Shown here one piece after another: positions 28,035 through 35,688 of a DNA stretch of 48,839 nt. Within the stretch, counting starts at the first letter, position 1, and each line of letters starts with the position of its first letter. Below the pieces are notes generated by a model that was not told the origin of the DNA, ran no database searches, and saw only the letters and a list, made by a program, of their open reading frames with translations. The stretch spans positions 1 to 48,839 of the forward strand of contig JBBIOR010000001.1 in assembly GCA_037443265.1 (NCBI GenBank), in the 5' to 3' direction. Both the position numbers and the translations under genes were made by a program. This DNA comes from Candidatus Fraserbacteria bacterium. GTDB lineage: Bacteria; Bipolaricaulota; Bipolaricaulia; RBG-16-55-9.

Positions 28035-28894
28035 TTCAGAAGCAACTCCTTAATCTCGCAAGATGAGTAGATTCCCTGCTCTGTCACGATGCTCTGGATG
28101 AACAGGAGGGGCGTAAGATCGAAATACCGATTGCATACGTCAATATTTTCCATCTTCGGGGGCACGAGCTCCTGAGGATCATTTGCGCGCATCCAGCTTG
28201 GATCAAAACGGACGAGAAATTTGTGAGTCGATATGAGCGCGACCAAGGGCACTCCGGCCTCGCGCGCAGCCAGAGCCAAAGGATACGTCCCGATCTTATT
28301 CACAAGCCCCTCAGGCGCGAGGGCGTCTCCGCCGACGATCACAAGATCGCACTCGCGCACGAGAGACGGAGCCAACCCATCGGTACAGATCGTCGTGGGC
28401 ACACCCAGCTGACTCAATTTCTGAGCAAGCGTTAGGCCCTCGTTCAACGGACGCGACTCGGGACAGATGACGGAAAACGCCTTGCCTTGGCGTTTTGCGA
28501 TCTCTATTGTCCTAAGAAACGTTGAACTGCACGAGATCGTCATGATCTTCGATCCCGATAAGATGAGTCCTGTTGCCGATTGAGCGATCTCATCAACGCT
28601 GGCTTCCAGGCTGCGAGTGAACTCTTCGATCAGGCGAGCGGCTCCCGAGGAACCCTCTGTGCCTATGGCTTGGAGAGTTCTCGTTACCAGATTGCGAATC
28701 GAGGCCATGGCCGGATGCACTTGCAGGAGCCGTTGAGAGAACCGCTCCATCTGGATGTGAGCTTGATCGACGGGCTGGGAACGCATCTCTTCGGTGAGTG
28801 CACGGAGAGCCTCGCCCGCCTTGAGCGTCAGCACTATAGCCCCCGAGCGATGGTCCTGCGCCATCTCCTCAAGCAACCGTTCACTGCGACTCAT
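28031..28894 (-). CDS. eIF-2B alpha/beta/delta-family protein (ribose-1,5-bisphosphate / MTR-1-P isomerase-like).
   Basis: C-terminal Rossmann-like segment (CDLVIVGGDALAPEGLVNKIGTYPLALAAREAGVPLVAL) characteristic of the eIF-2B/MtnA family. Confidence 0.65.
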   Translation of the reverse strand: MSRSERLLEEMAQDHRSGAIVLTLKAGEALRALTEEMRSQPVDQAHIQMERFSQRLLQVHPAMASIRNLVTRTLQAIGTEGSSGAARLIEEFTRSLEASVDEIAQSATGLILSGSKIMTISCSSTFLRTIEIAKRQGKAFSVICPESRPLNEGLTLAQKLSQLGVPTTICTDGLAPSLVRECDLVIVGGDALAPEGLVNKIGTYPLALAAREAGVPLVALISTHKFLVRFDPSWMRANDPQELVPPKMENIDVCNRYFDLTPLLFIQSIVTEQGIYSSCEIKELLLK

Positions 28895-28975
28895 GACGTA
28901 CGAATTCTAGAGCGATGAGAACGACGCTTGCAATTGACATCGCCCTTGCCTTATCTTCGTTGTTGGTTGTCTGTC

Positions 28976-29998
28976 ATGAGAGAGTGGATCGATCTACGCA
29001 GTGACACCGTCACCCGACCCACGCCTGGAATGCGTCGTGCCATGGCCGAGGCTGAGGTGGGCGATGACGTCTTCGGCGAAGATCCCACGGCCAATCGCCT
29101 GCAGGAGCTATGCGCCGAGCTTACGGGCCACGAGGCGGGTCTCTTCGTCCCCTCCGGGACCATGGGCAACGAGATCGCCATCGCGGTGCATACCCGCCCG
29201 GGCGACGAAGTAGTCCTCGAGGCCGACTCGCACGTCGTCAATTATGAACTCTCGGCGATGGCAGCGTATGCCGGGGTTCTCGCCCGCACGATTCCGTCTG
29301 AGCGTGGCTGGCTGACTGCGGAGCAGATTAAAAGGGCCGTCCGGCCCCGATTGTATTACCTGGCGCGCACGGGGCTGATCGTATTAGAAAACACGCACAA
29401 CATGAAGGGTGGCTCGATTTATCCTCAAGAAGAGGCCGAACGCGTCATCGCCTTTGCCCACGAACAGAAGATCCCGGTGCACTTGGACGGCGCGCGGATC
29501 TTCCATGCCGCGGTAGCGCTCAAAAGACCCGTGAAGGCCCTCACAGAAGATTTTGACTCTGTGATGTTCTGCTTCTCTAAAGGGCTGGGAGCGCCGGTAG
29601 GCTCGATGCTCCTTGGTAGCCGAGAGTTCATTGAGGAGGCTCGAGTCATAAGAAAGCGCCTGGGGGGCGGAATGCGCCAAGTGGGCATCCTGGCCGCGGC
29701 CTGTCTTTATGCCCTGGAGCACCACGTGGAACGGCTGAAAGAAGATCACGAGAACGCCAAGCGTCTGGCTCAGGCGCTCGCCGAGCTCGACGGCGTAGAG
29801 GTTACCCCTCCCCAGACGAACATCGTCATCTTCGAACTGAAAGAGATGCCCGCTCCCGCCTTCACGCAAAAGCTCGAGCGCGAGGGCGTGCGGGCGATTG
29901 CCATCAGCGAGAGGAAAGTGCGCCTGGTGACGCATCTGGACGTAGATCGAGCAGACATCAGGCGGGCGATTGCGATCATGCGAAGAGTCCTCTCCTAG
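28976..29998 (+). CDS. ltaE: Low-specificity L-threonine aldolase (PLP-dependent beta-eliminating lyase family).
   Basis: [33 protein letters not shown]...[13 protein letters not shown] (PLP Lys). The track ORF starts at a TTG (28928); the ATG at 28976 is preferred. Confidence 0.8.
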   Translation: MREWIDLRSDTVTRPTPGMRRAMAEAEVGDDVFGEDPTANRLQELCAELTGHEAGLFVPSGTMGNEIAIAVHTRPGDEVVLEADSHVVNYELSAMAAYAGVLARTIPSERGWLTAEQIKRAVRPRLYYLARTGLIVLENTHNMKGGSIYPQEEAERVIAFAHEQKIPVHLDGARIFHAAVALKRPVKALTEDFDSVMFCFSKGLGAPVGSMLLGSREFIEEARVIRKRLGGGMRQVGILAAACLYALEHHVERLKEDHENAKRLAQALAELDGVEVTPPQTNIVIFELKEMPAPAFTQKLEREGVRAIAISERKVRLVTHLDVDRADIRRAIAIMRRVLS

Positions 29999-30027
29999 AC
30001 TGTAGACTGCAGGTGAAGGGGGCATCC

Positions 30028-30492
30028 ATGGCATCCATCGAAGCCAAGTTGAGGGCGTTGGGCTTGGCCTTGCCGGAGGCGCCGCAGCCCGTGGCGGCTT
30101 ATATTCCCGCCAAGCGGGTGGGGGATCTCGTCTTCGTCTCCGGCCAGGTGCCAGTGCGAGACGGCCGGCTCGTCTATACGGGCAGGGTGGGAGCCGAACG
30201 TACTCCGCAGGAGGGCTACGAGGCCGCGCAGCTGTGCGCCCTGGGCGCCCTAGCCGTCGTGAAATCGCTAGTGGGCTCCCTCGACGAGATTGAAGAGATC
30301 GTGCAAGTCCGGGGCTTCGTCAACTGTACGCCGGAGTTTTCCGGGCATCCTGAGGTGCTCAATGGGGCCTCAGAGCTGCTCGTCAATCTCTTCGGGGAGA
30401 GGGGCCGACATGCGCGCGCGGCCGTTGGAGTGTCGAGCCTGCCTAGAGGGGCCACGGTCGAAGTCGAGCTGATCGTGCGGGTGAAAGAATAA
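30028..30492 (+). CDS. ridA: RidA/YjgF-family reactive-intermediate deaminase.
   Basis: YjgF signature (GDLVFVSGQ...ARAAVGVSSLPRGATVEVELI). ATG at 30028, after GAAGGGGG, is preferred over the GTG at 30013. Confidence 0.8.
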   Translation: MASIEAKLRALGLALPEAPQPVAAYIPAKRVGDLVFVSGQVPVRDGRLVYTGRVGAERTPQEGYEAAQLCALGALAVVKSLVGSLDEIEEIVQVRGFVNCTPEFSGHPEVLNGASELLVNLFGERGRHARAAVGVSSLPRGATVEVELIVRVKE

Positions 30493-30503
30493 AGAGAGAG
30501 AGA

Positions 30504-30535
30504 GAAGGCCGCCCAAGGGTGAGAGGACGGCCTTC
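30504..30535. terminator. Bidirectional hairpin terminator between the convergent ridA and hsp20 genes: GAAGGCCG-N16-CGGCCTTC, flanked by an AG/TC-rich tract.
   Basis: Perfect 8-bp inverted repeat read directly. On the minus strand it is followed by TCTCTCTCTCTTT. Confidence 0.45.
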
Positions 30536-30545
30536 TCCAACGGAC

Positions 30546-31049
30546 TTATTGCACCTGGATCTCGATCGGCTCGGGCCCCTTAAGAGACTGCTTGAGAGGA
30601 ACGGTCACCCGCAAGACCCCGTCCTTGAACTGGGCCTGGATCTTCTTCAGATCCGTTACGGCCTCCTCCGGCAGGAGGAAGCTGCGCTGGAATTGGCCGT
30701 ACGTGCGACCCATGTGGAAGTAGTTCTCCTCGTTCACCTCCTCGGAGCGCTTCACCTCACCGCTGATGAGGAGGCGATGGCCCTGGACGCGGACGTGAAC
30801 GTCCTCTCGACGGACGCCGGGAAGCTCCGTCTCGAAGACGAGGTTCCCGTTCTGCTCATAGATGTCGGTGGCGCCCAGCATCGTCATCCGAGAAGGTGCC
30901 ATCAGCAAGGACGGGAGCTGCCAGCCGCCCACCCCATTGGAGGACCAGAGGTGGCCAAAGAGCCGCTCCTCCAAGGCCTCAAAGTCTCGACGAATCTCAT
31001 CGATCAGTCGGAAGGGGCTGAGCCACTCACGCAACGCCAGCCTTGCCAT
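30546..31049 (-). CDS. Hsp20/alpha-crystallin small heat-shock protein.
   Basis: Alpha-crystallin domain (NGNLVFETELPGVRREDVHV...DGVLRVTVPLK); 167 aa. Confidence 0.8.
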   Translation of the reverse strand: MARLALREWLSPFRLIDEIRRDFEALEERLFGHLWSSNGVGGWQLPSLLMAPSRMTMLGATDIYEQNGNLVFETELPGVRREDVHVRVQGHRLLISGEVKRSEEVNEENYFHMGRTYGQFQRSFLLPEEAVTDLKKIQAQFKDGVLRVTVPLKQSLKGPEPIEIQVQ

Positions 31050-31087
31050 CGACCATCACCTCTCTTCTTCGGGTTCTGGATGTCATT

Positions 31088-31114
31088 TTAGCAGTCTCAT
31101 CACTTGACTGCTAA
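31088..31114 (-). promoter_or_regulatory. CIRCE-like HrcA operator TTAGCAGTC-N9-GACTGCTAA, 39 bp upstream of the hsp20 start.
   Basis: Perfect 9-bp inverted repeat with 9-nt spacer. It differs from the canonical CIRCE (TTAGCACTC-N9-GAGTGCTAA) by a symmetric C/G swap in each arm. Located between the promoter and the start codon. Confidence 0.6.
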
Positions 31115-31124
31115 CTCATCGGGT

Positions 31125-31153
31125 ATTATATCTAGCAGCAGCAATCCTGTCAA
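31125..31153 (-). promoter_or_regulatory. Consensus sigma70 promoter for hsp20: TTGACA (31153..31148) - N17 - TATAAT (31130..31125), immediately upstream of the CIRCE.
   Basis: Minus-strand read gives TTGACAggattgctgctgctagaTATAAT: perfect hexamers with optimal 17-nt spacing. Confidence 0.55.
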
Positions 31154-31198
31154 GGGTCAATTGGCAGTCAAAGGAAGAGTCTGCTAACAGGGGAGGGA

Positions 31199-31315
31199 GT
31201 GGCCGTGGTGGGCGAAATCTTGCTCCTATTGCTCTTCTTGTCGGTGATCGGGCTCACCCTCTGGACGATCTTCTCCGTCGACGGGAGGAGCCGAGAGCGC
31301 AGGCGCCCCAGCTGA
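31199..31315 (+). CDS. Possible small hydrophobic membrane peptide (38 aa, GTG start: MAVVGEILLLLLFLSVIGLTLWTIFSVDGRSRERRRPS).
   Basis: GGGAGGGAG SD 5-8 nt upstream of the GTG; single TM helix plus basic tail. Too short for the ORF track. Confidence 0.2.
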   Translation: MAVVGEILLLLLFLSVIGLTLWTIFSVDGRSRERRRPS

Positions 31316-31319
31316 TCTT

Positions 31320-32351
31320 TCAGGGCAAGAGGACGAACTTTCCGGTGTGCTCTCCGGCCGCCATCAGCCGCTGGGCCAAAGGGGCCTCTTTCAGCTCATA
31401 GCAGCGATGGATGACGGGCCGGATCTTCCCGTCGAGCACCCAGCGGAGCAAGGCCTCCAGCTCGTGCTTCTCGCCCAGATAGAGCCCCAAGAGGCTCAGG
31501 TGCCTAAGATACGTCTGATGGAGGCTCAGCGTCACGTCCAGGCCTGTCAGTTTCCCGCAGAGTAGGAGCCGCCCGCCCTTCTGCAAGAGCTGAAGACTCT
31601 TGGGGAACGTCTGGGATCCCACGGAGTCCAGAACGACTTCGATGCCGCTTGGCCCTGCGAACTTCCTGACGGCTTCCACGACGTCATCTCGATAGTGATT
31701 GAGCACTAGGTCCGCTCCTAGCTCCTCAAGACGTGCCCGCTTCTCCTCTCGCCCGACGGTGGCGATCACCCGAGCTCCCAAGAGCTTGGCAATCTGGAGG
31801 GAGAACGTGCCCAGGCCACCCGAACCGCCCCAGATGAGAACGTACTCCCCCTCTTGGACTCTGCCCACAGTGACCAGCGCATGATAGGCCGTCAGCCCCG
31901 CCACCGGAAGAGTCGCCGCCTCCTCAAACGAGATCCCCTCCGGCAGAGGGATCAAGCTCTCCTCCGGCACGCGCGCATATTCAGCGTATGAGCCGTCCAC
32001 ATGCAGCCCAAGATACTTCCAATTTAGGCAGAGGGCGCGCTTACCCTTCCGGCAGAGCACGCATTCACCACAGGCGAGGAGCGGCCAGGCGAGCACCCGA
32101 TCCCCCTTCTGAAAATCTTTGGCCTGTGGGCCCCTGCCCTCGACCACTCCGACGATGTCCGCCCCCGGAATGTGCGGAAAGGGTATGACGACGCCAGGAT
32201 AGCCCTCACGGACAAAGAGATCGATGCGATTTACGCTGGTGGCCTTCACCCGCACGAGCACGTCTCGCTCGCCCAGCTTGGGTTGCGGGTGCGCCCTCTC
32301 GTAGAGCAGCTTCTCGACGCCCCCGTGCGCTCGTAAGACGATGGCCCTCAT
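31320..32351 (-). CDS. Zinc-binding alcohol dehydrogenase / quinone oxidoreductase (MDR superfamily).
   Basis: GHEGVG-equivalent (PGADIVGVVEG), structural Zn Cys cluster (CGECVLCRKGKRALC), GxGxxG (GGSGGLGT). Confidence 0.8.
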   Translation of the reverse strand: MRAIVLRAHGGVEKLLYERAHPQPKLGERDVLVRVKATSVNRIDLFVREGYPGVVIPFPHIPGADIVGVVEGRGPQAKDFQKGDRVLAWPLLACGECVLCRKGKRALCLNWKYLGLHVDGSYAEYARVPEESLIPLPEGISFEEAATLPVAGLTAYHALVTVGRVQEGEYVLIWGGSGGLGTFSLQIAKLLGARVIATVGREEKRARLEELGADLVLNHYRDDVVEAVRKFAGPSGIEVVLDSVGSQTFPKSLQLLQKGGRLLLCGKLTGLDVTLSLHQTYLRHLSLLGLYLGEKHELEALLRWVLDGKIRPVIHRCYELKEAPLAQRLMAAGEHTGKFVLLP

Positions 32352-32438
32352 GGTGCTCCATACTTTACCCCGCCGGGGCCCGACTGTCGAGCGACTTGTC
32401 TTAGAGGCGGAAATCTGCTAGGGTAAGCGTGAATCACC

Positions 32439-32921
32439 ATGAGCAGGCCTCTACAGATCGGGGAGACGGTCCTTGGTGAAGTCATTGCGATTAAGCCCTT
32501 TGGGGCCTTTGTCAGCCTGCCTTCCGGCGATACCGGCTTGATCCACATCTCGGAAGTGGCCGAGGAGTACGTGAGAGATATCAATAAATATCTAGCCGTC
32601 GGAGAGGAAGTCGCGGTCAAGGTCATCGGCATCAACGAAGAGGGCAAGTACAATCTCTCCCTCAAACAGGTCACCTCGCAGGACGAGGAGGCCGTGCGCT
32701 ATTTCCTTAAGGTGCAGGAGTTCCGCAAGGCCCTGGAGAAGCGTCGAGAGGAGCTGCAATTTGAGACCTCTGGCCGCCGGCTGGCCCGAGAGAGGCAGAA
32801 GATGGTCTCGTCCTCCCGCGCATCGCTCCTCAACTGGATGAAACAGGCCCGCAAGTCGCTGGAGAGAATCCAGCGCCGCAGCGACGAGCGCAAGAAATCG
32901 TATGATTCATTCGAACTTTAA
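32439..32921 (+). CDS. S1 RNA-binding domain protein (YabR/general stress protein 13-like).
   Basis: GETVLGEVIAIKPFGAFVSL...GLIHISEV S1 OB-fold plus a basic C-terminal tail. Confidence 0.7.
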   Translation: MSRPLQIGETVLGEVIAIKPFGAFVSLPSGDTGLIHISEVAEEYVRDINKYLAVGEEVAVKVIGINEEGKYNLSLKQVTSQDEEAVRYFLKVQEFRKALEKRREELQFETSGRRLARERQKMVSSSRASLLNWMKQARKSLERIQRRSDERKKSYDSFEL

Positions 32922-32923
32922 CC

Positions 32924-34195
32924 ATGGCTGAACTAAGAAGGCGCACTGAGATCAGCATGTTGGACACGGCCCGCTACTTCTTCGATCAGGCCGCTGATCT
33001 TCTCCAACTCGAAGAATCCCTACGGGAGCTATTGAGATACCCAAAGCGGAAGCTCATCGTCACCTTTCCGGTGCGCATGGATGACGGCCACGTGCGACAC
33101 TTCGAGGGCTATCGCGTGCAGCATCATCCGGTTCTTGGGCCCACCAAGGGTGGCATTCGCTTCCACCCAGAAGTGACCCTCGAAGAAGTCGAAGCTTTGG
33201 CGATCTTGATGGCGTGGAAGTGCGCGGTCATGCATCTCCCCTTTGGTGGGGCCAAGGGGGGCGTGCGTTGCAATCCCAAGGAGATGAGTGAGGGGGAGCT
33301 AGAGAGACTCACCCGCAGATACGCAGCTGAGATCGCCTTCATGATCGGCCCCGATGTGGACATCCCGGCTCCGGATGTCTACACCGGTGAGCGGGAGATG
33401 GCCTGGATGGTGGACACGATCAGCATGCATCACGACGGCCAGTTCATGCCAGGGCTGATTACTGGAAAACCCAAGGTGCTTGGCGGCTCAGAAGGGCGAG
33501 ACACGGCCACCGGTCGCGGCGGCTTCTTCGTGGCGCTGCAGACGCTCAAGCATCTGGCCATGCAACTAGAAGGGTCCGCGGTAGTCATCCAGGGCTTCGG
33601 GAACGCGGGCTCGGCGATCGCCCAATATTTACACGAGGCCGGGGCCAAAGTGATGGCCATAAGCGACTCTCGCGGCGGCATCTTCAATGATGAAGGAGGG
33701 CTTGATCCAGGGGCCGTCAAGCGCCATAAAGAAGAGACCGGCTCCGTCGTGGACTTCAAAGAGGCTGAGAACATCACAAACGAAGAGCTCCTCGAGCTTA
33801 AATGCGATCTCTTGATCCCCTCGGCCCTGGAGAACCAGATCACACGTGAGAACGCCGAAAAGATCCGGGCCAAGGCCGTGATTGAGATCGCCAACGGCCC
33901 CACGACCCTGGAGGCGGATCGCATCCTCCATGAGCGGGGCATCCCCGTGGTGCCCGATATTCTAGCCAATGCCGGCGGGGTGACGGTCAGTTATTTTGAA
34001 TGGGTACAGGATCGCGCGTTCTATTTCTGGAGTGCCCAGGAGGTCGATGCTCGCCTGAAGGAGTTTATGGATCAAGCATTCCAGCGGGTGTGGGAGACGC
34101 ACCTCAAGGAGAGAGTCGATTTGAGGACAGCCGCCTACATGGTGGCAGTGCGCCGGGTGGCCGAAGCCGCCCGCGCCCGAGGCTTATACGCTTGA
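32924..34195 (+). CDS. gdhA: Glutamate dehydrogenase (Glu/Leu/Phe/Val dehydrogenase family).
   Basis: GPTKGGIRFHP, catalytic K in FGGAKGG, NAD(P) Rossmann GFGNAGS; 423 aa. Confidence 0.85.
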   Translation: MAELRRRTEISMLDTARYFFDQAADLLQLEESLRELLRYPKRKLIVTFPVRMDDGHVRHFEGYRVQHHPVLGPTKGGIRFHPEVTLEEVEALAILMAWKCAVMHLPFGGAKGGVRCNPKEMSEGELERLTRRYAAEIAFMIGPDVDIPAPDVYTGEREMAWMVDTISMHHDGQFMPGLITGKPKVLGGSEGRDTATGRGGFFVALQTLKHLAMQLEGSAVVIQGFGNAGSAIAQYLHEAGAKVMAISDSRGGIFNDEGGLDPGAVKRHKEETGSVVDFKEAENITNEELLELKCDLLIPSALENQITRENAEKIRAKAVIEIANGPTTLEADRILHERGIPVVPDILANAGGVTVSYFEWVQDRAFYFWSAQEVDARLKEFMDQAFQRVWETHLKERVDLRTAAYMVAVRRVAEAARARGLYA

Positions 34196-34232
34196 GCGAA
34201 GCCGAGAGCTACTAGCGGCAGCTTTTAAGGAG

Positions 34233-35672
34233 GTGGAAGAGATGGGCGAGCGGGCTCTGCTTGCCCTTCCGTTTATTGGAATTCTCCTGTTGGTGGCGGG
34301 GTGTGCCATCTTCCCGCCAGAGCCGGAATCCCAAATCACAGGCTATGTGACCAACTCCGGCAGCGGCGAGCCGGTCTCCGGCAGCCGCGTCTTTCTTCAT
34401 GGGCTTACGACGAATTTCTCGACGGTCACCATGACGGATAGTCGAGGACAGTTCAAGGTGCGCGTGCCACCCGACCGCTATGAGATCCAGCTCTCTAAGC
34501 CGGGCTATGCCGGCAGCTGGGTGATCGGGCTAAACGCCCAGACCCCCACAGAGATCCGAATCATCCAGCGAGAAGTCTTCAACCCCCGCTGGTCGACCCG
34601 CCCGCCCCGCCTGGAGCTTAGGGGCGTAGGGGACGGCGATCGCTTCCAGGGGGAGATTAAGTATCGCGTAGAGGCCTCCGGCGAGAACGACATCCAGTTC
34701 ATCTATGTGGCCCTGGGCAAGACGCCTGGCTCGGCGTTTCTGACGGCCCCGCGGCAGATCTTCCAGGAGACGCCGACCACAGGCGATCAGACCTTGGATC
34801 CCGCCGCCTTTGGTGCCCGAGGCCAGACGACCTTTGAAGTCGTGGTCTATGACATGAACGGCAATCGCACTCATCTCATCCGCGAGATCACCGTCGTGCC
34901 CCCGGAGGGCCCGGTCAATCCTCCCCAGGAGCTTCGGGCCATCGCTGTCACGCTCGGCCAGCAGATCGGCTTCTTCGGGATAGATAAACAGGCGGCACCC
35001 GCCAGGGCCAATCTCTACGTCGAACTCAGCTGGAGGCCCAGCGGAGCGGACCTGACGGGCTATCGAGTCTATCGCAGTTTCGATGGAGAGAGCTTTCAGC
35101 CCATCGCCCAGCTTGGGGCAGGACAGCGATTCTACACGGACTCGGATGCGGCTCTCGCGGTTGGCCGAAGGGTCTACTACCGCGTGACGGCCCTTCGCGG
35201 AGGAGACGAGAGCGAGCCGTCGAATACCGCCTCCACCCGGCCTCTGGAGGCGTTTGACGTGCGCCTGATCAGTCCCGCCGATGAGGCCAGGAACATCCCG
35301 CGCACTCCTACGTTCCGCTGGGAGCCGACCCGCAAAGTCGGCCGCTACCAGATCTATGGTGTTGTGCTTTGGGACACGGTGTTGGGGGATGCCGCCTTCT
35401 GGGTCACTCCCGAGCCGCCGCAGTTCCTCATCAATCGCACGAGCTGGCGCTGGAACGAGGACGGACGGATGACCGCAACTCCATGGGAGACTCTCCAGCC
35501 GAATCGCATCTACGAGTGGGAAGTGGCCTATGCCCTCTCCGTCGATGATCTGGAGAATCCCACGGCCGTCTCGGTAGCGGCCAATCGCCTGGGCCTGGAG
35601 AACGAGAAGATCCCGATCCGGGCCATCGGCATCCCGGCCACGCAGAACTTCAGCTTCACCACGCGCGACTGA
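34233..35672 (+). CDS. Surface lipoprotein with carboxypeptidase-regulatory-like and Ig/FN3-like domains (GTG start; an ATG at 34242 is also possible).
   Basis: Lipobox LLVAGC. GYVTNSGSGEPVSGSRVFLHG...TDSRGQFKV (CarbopepD_reg-like), then beta-sandwich repeats. Strong SD AAGGAGG. Confidence 0.55.
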   Translation: MEEMGERALLALPFIGILLLVAGCAIFPPEPESQITGYVTNSGSGEPVSGSRVFLHGLTTNFSTVTMTDSRGQFKVRVPPDRYEIQLSKPGYAGSWVIGLNAQTPTEIRIIQREVFNPRWSTRPPRLELRGVGDGDRFQGEIKYRVEASGENDIQFIYVALGKTPGSAFLTAPRQIFQETPTTGDQTLDPAAFGARGQTTFEVVVYDMNGNRTHLIREITVVPPEGPVNPPQELRAIAVTLGQQIGFFGIDKQAAPARANLYVELSWRPSGADLTGYRVYRSFDGESFQPIAQLGAGQRFYTDSDAALAVGRRVYYRVTALRGGDESEPSNTASTRPLEAFDVRLISPADEARNIPRTPTFRWEPTRKVGRYQIYGVVLWDTVLGDAAFWVTPEPPQFLINRTSWRWNEDGRMTATPWETLQPNRIYEWEVAYALSVDDLENPTAVSVAANRLGLENEKIPIRAIGIPATQNFSFTTRD

Positions 35673-35688
35673 GAAGGAGGGATGAACG

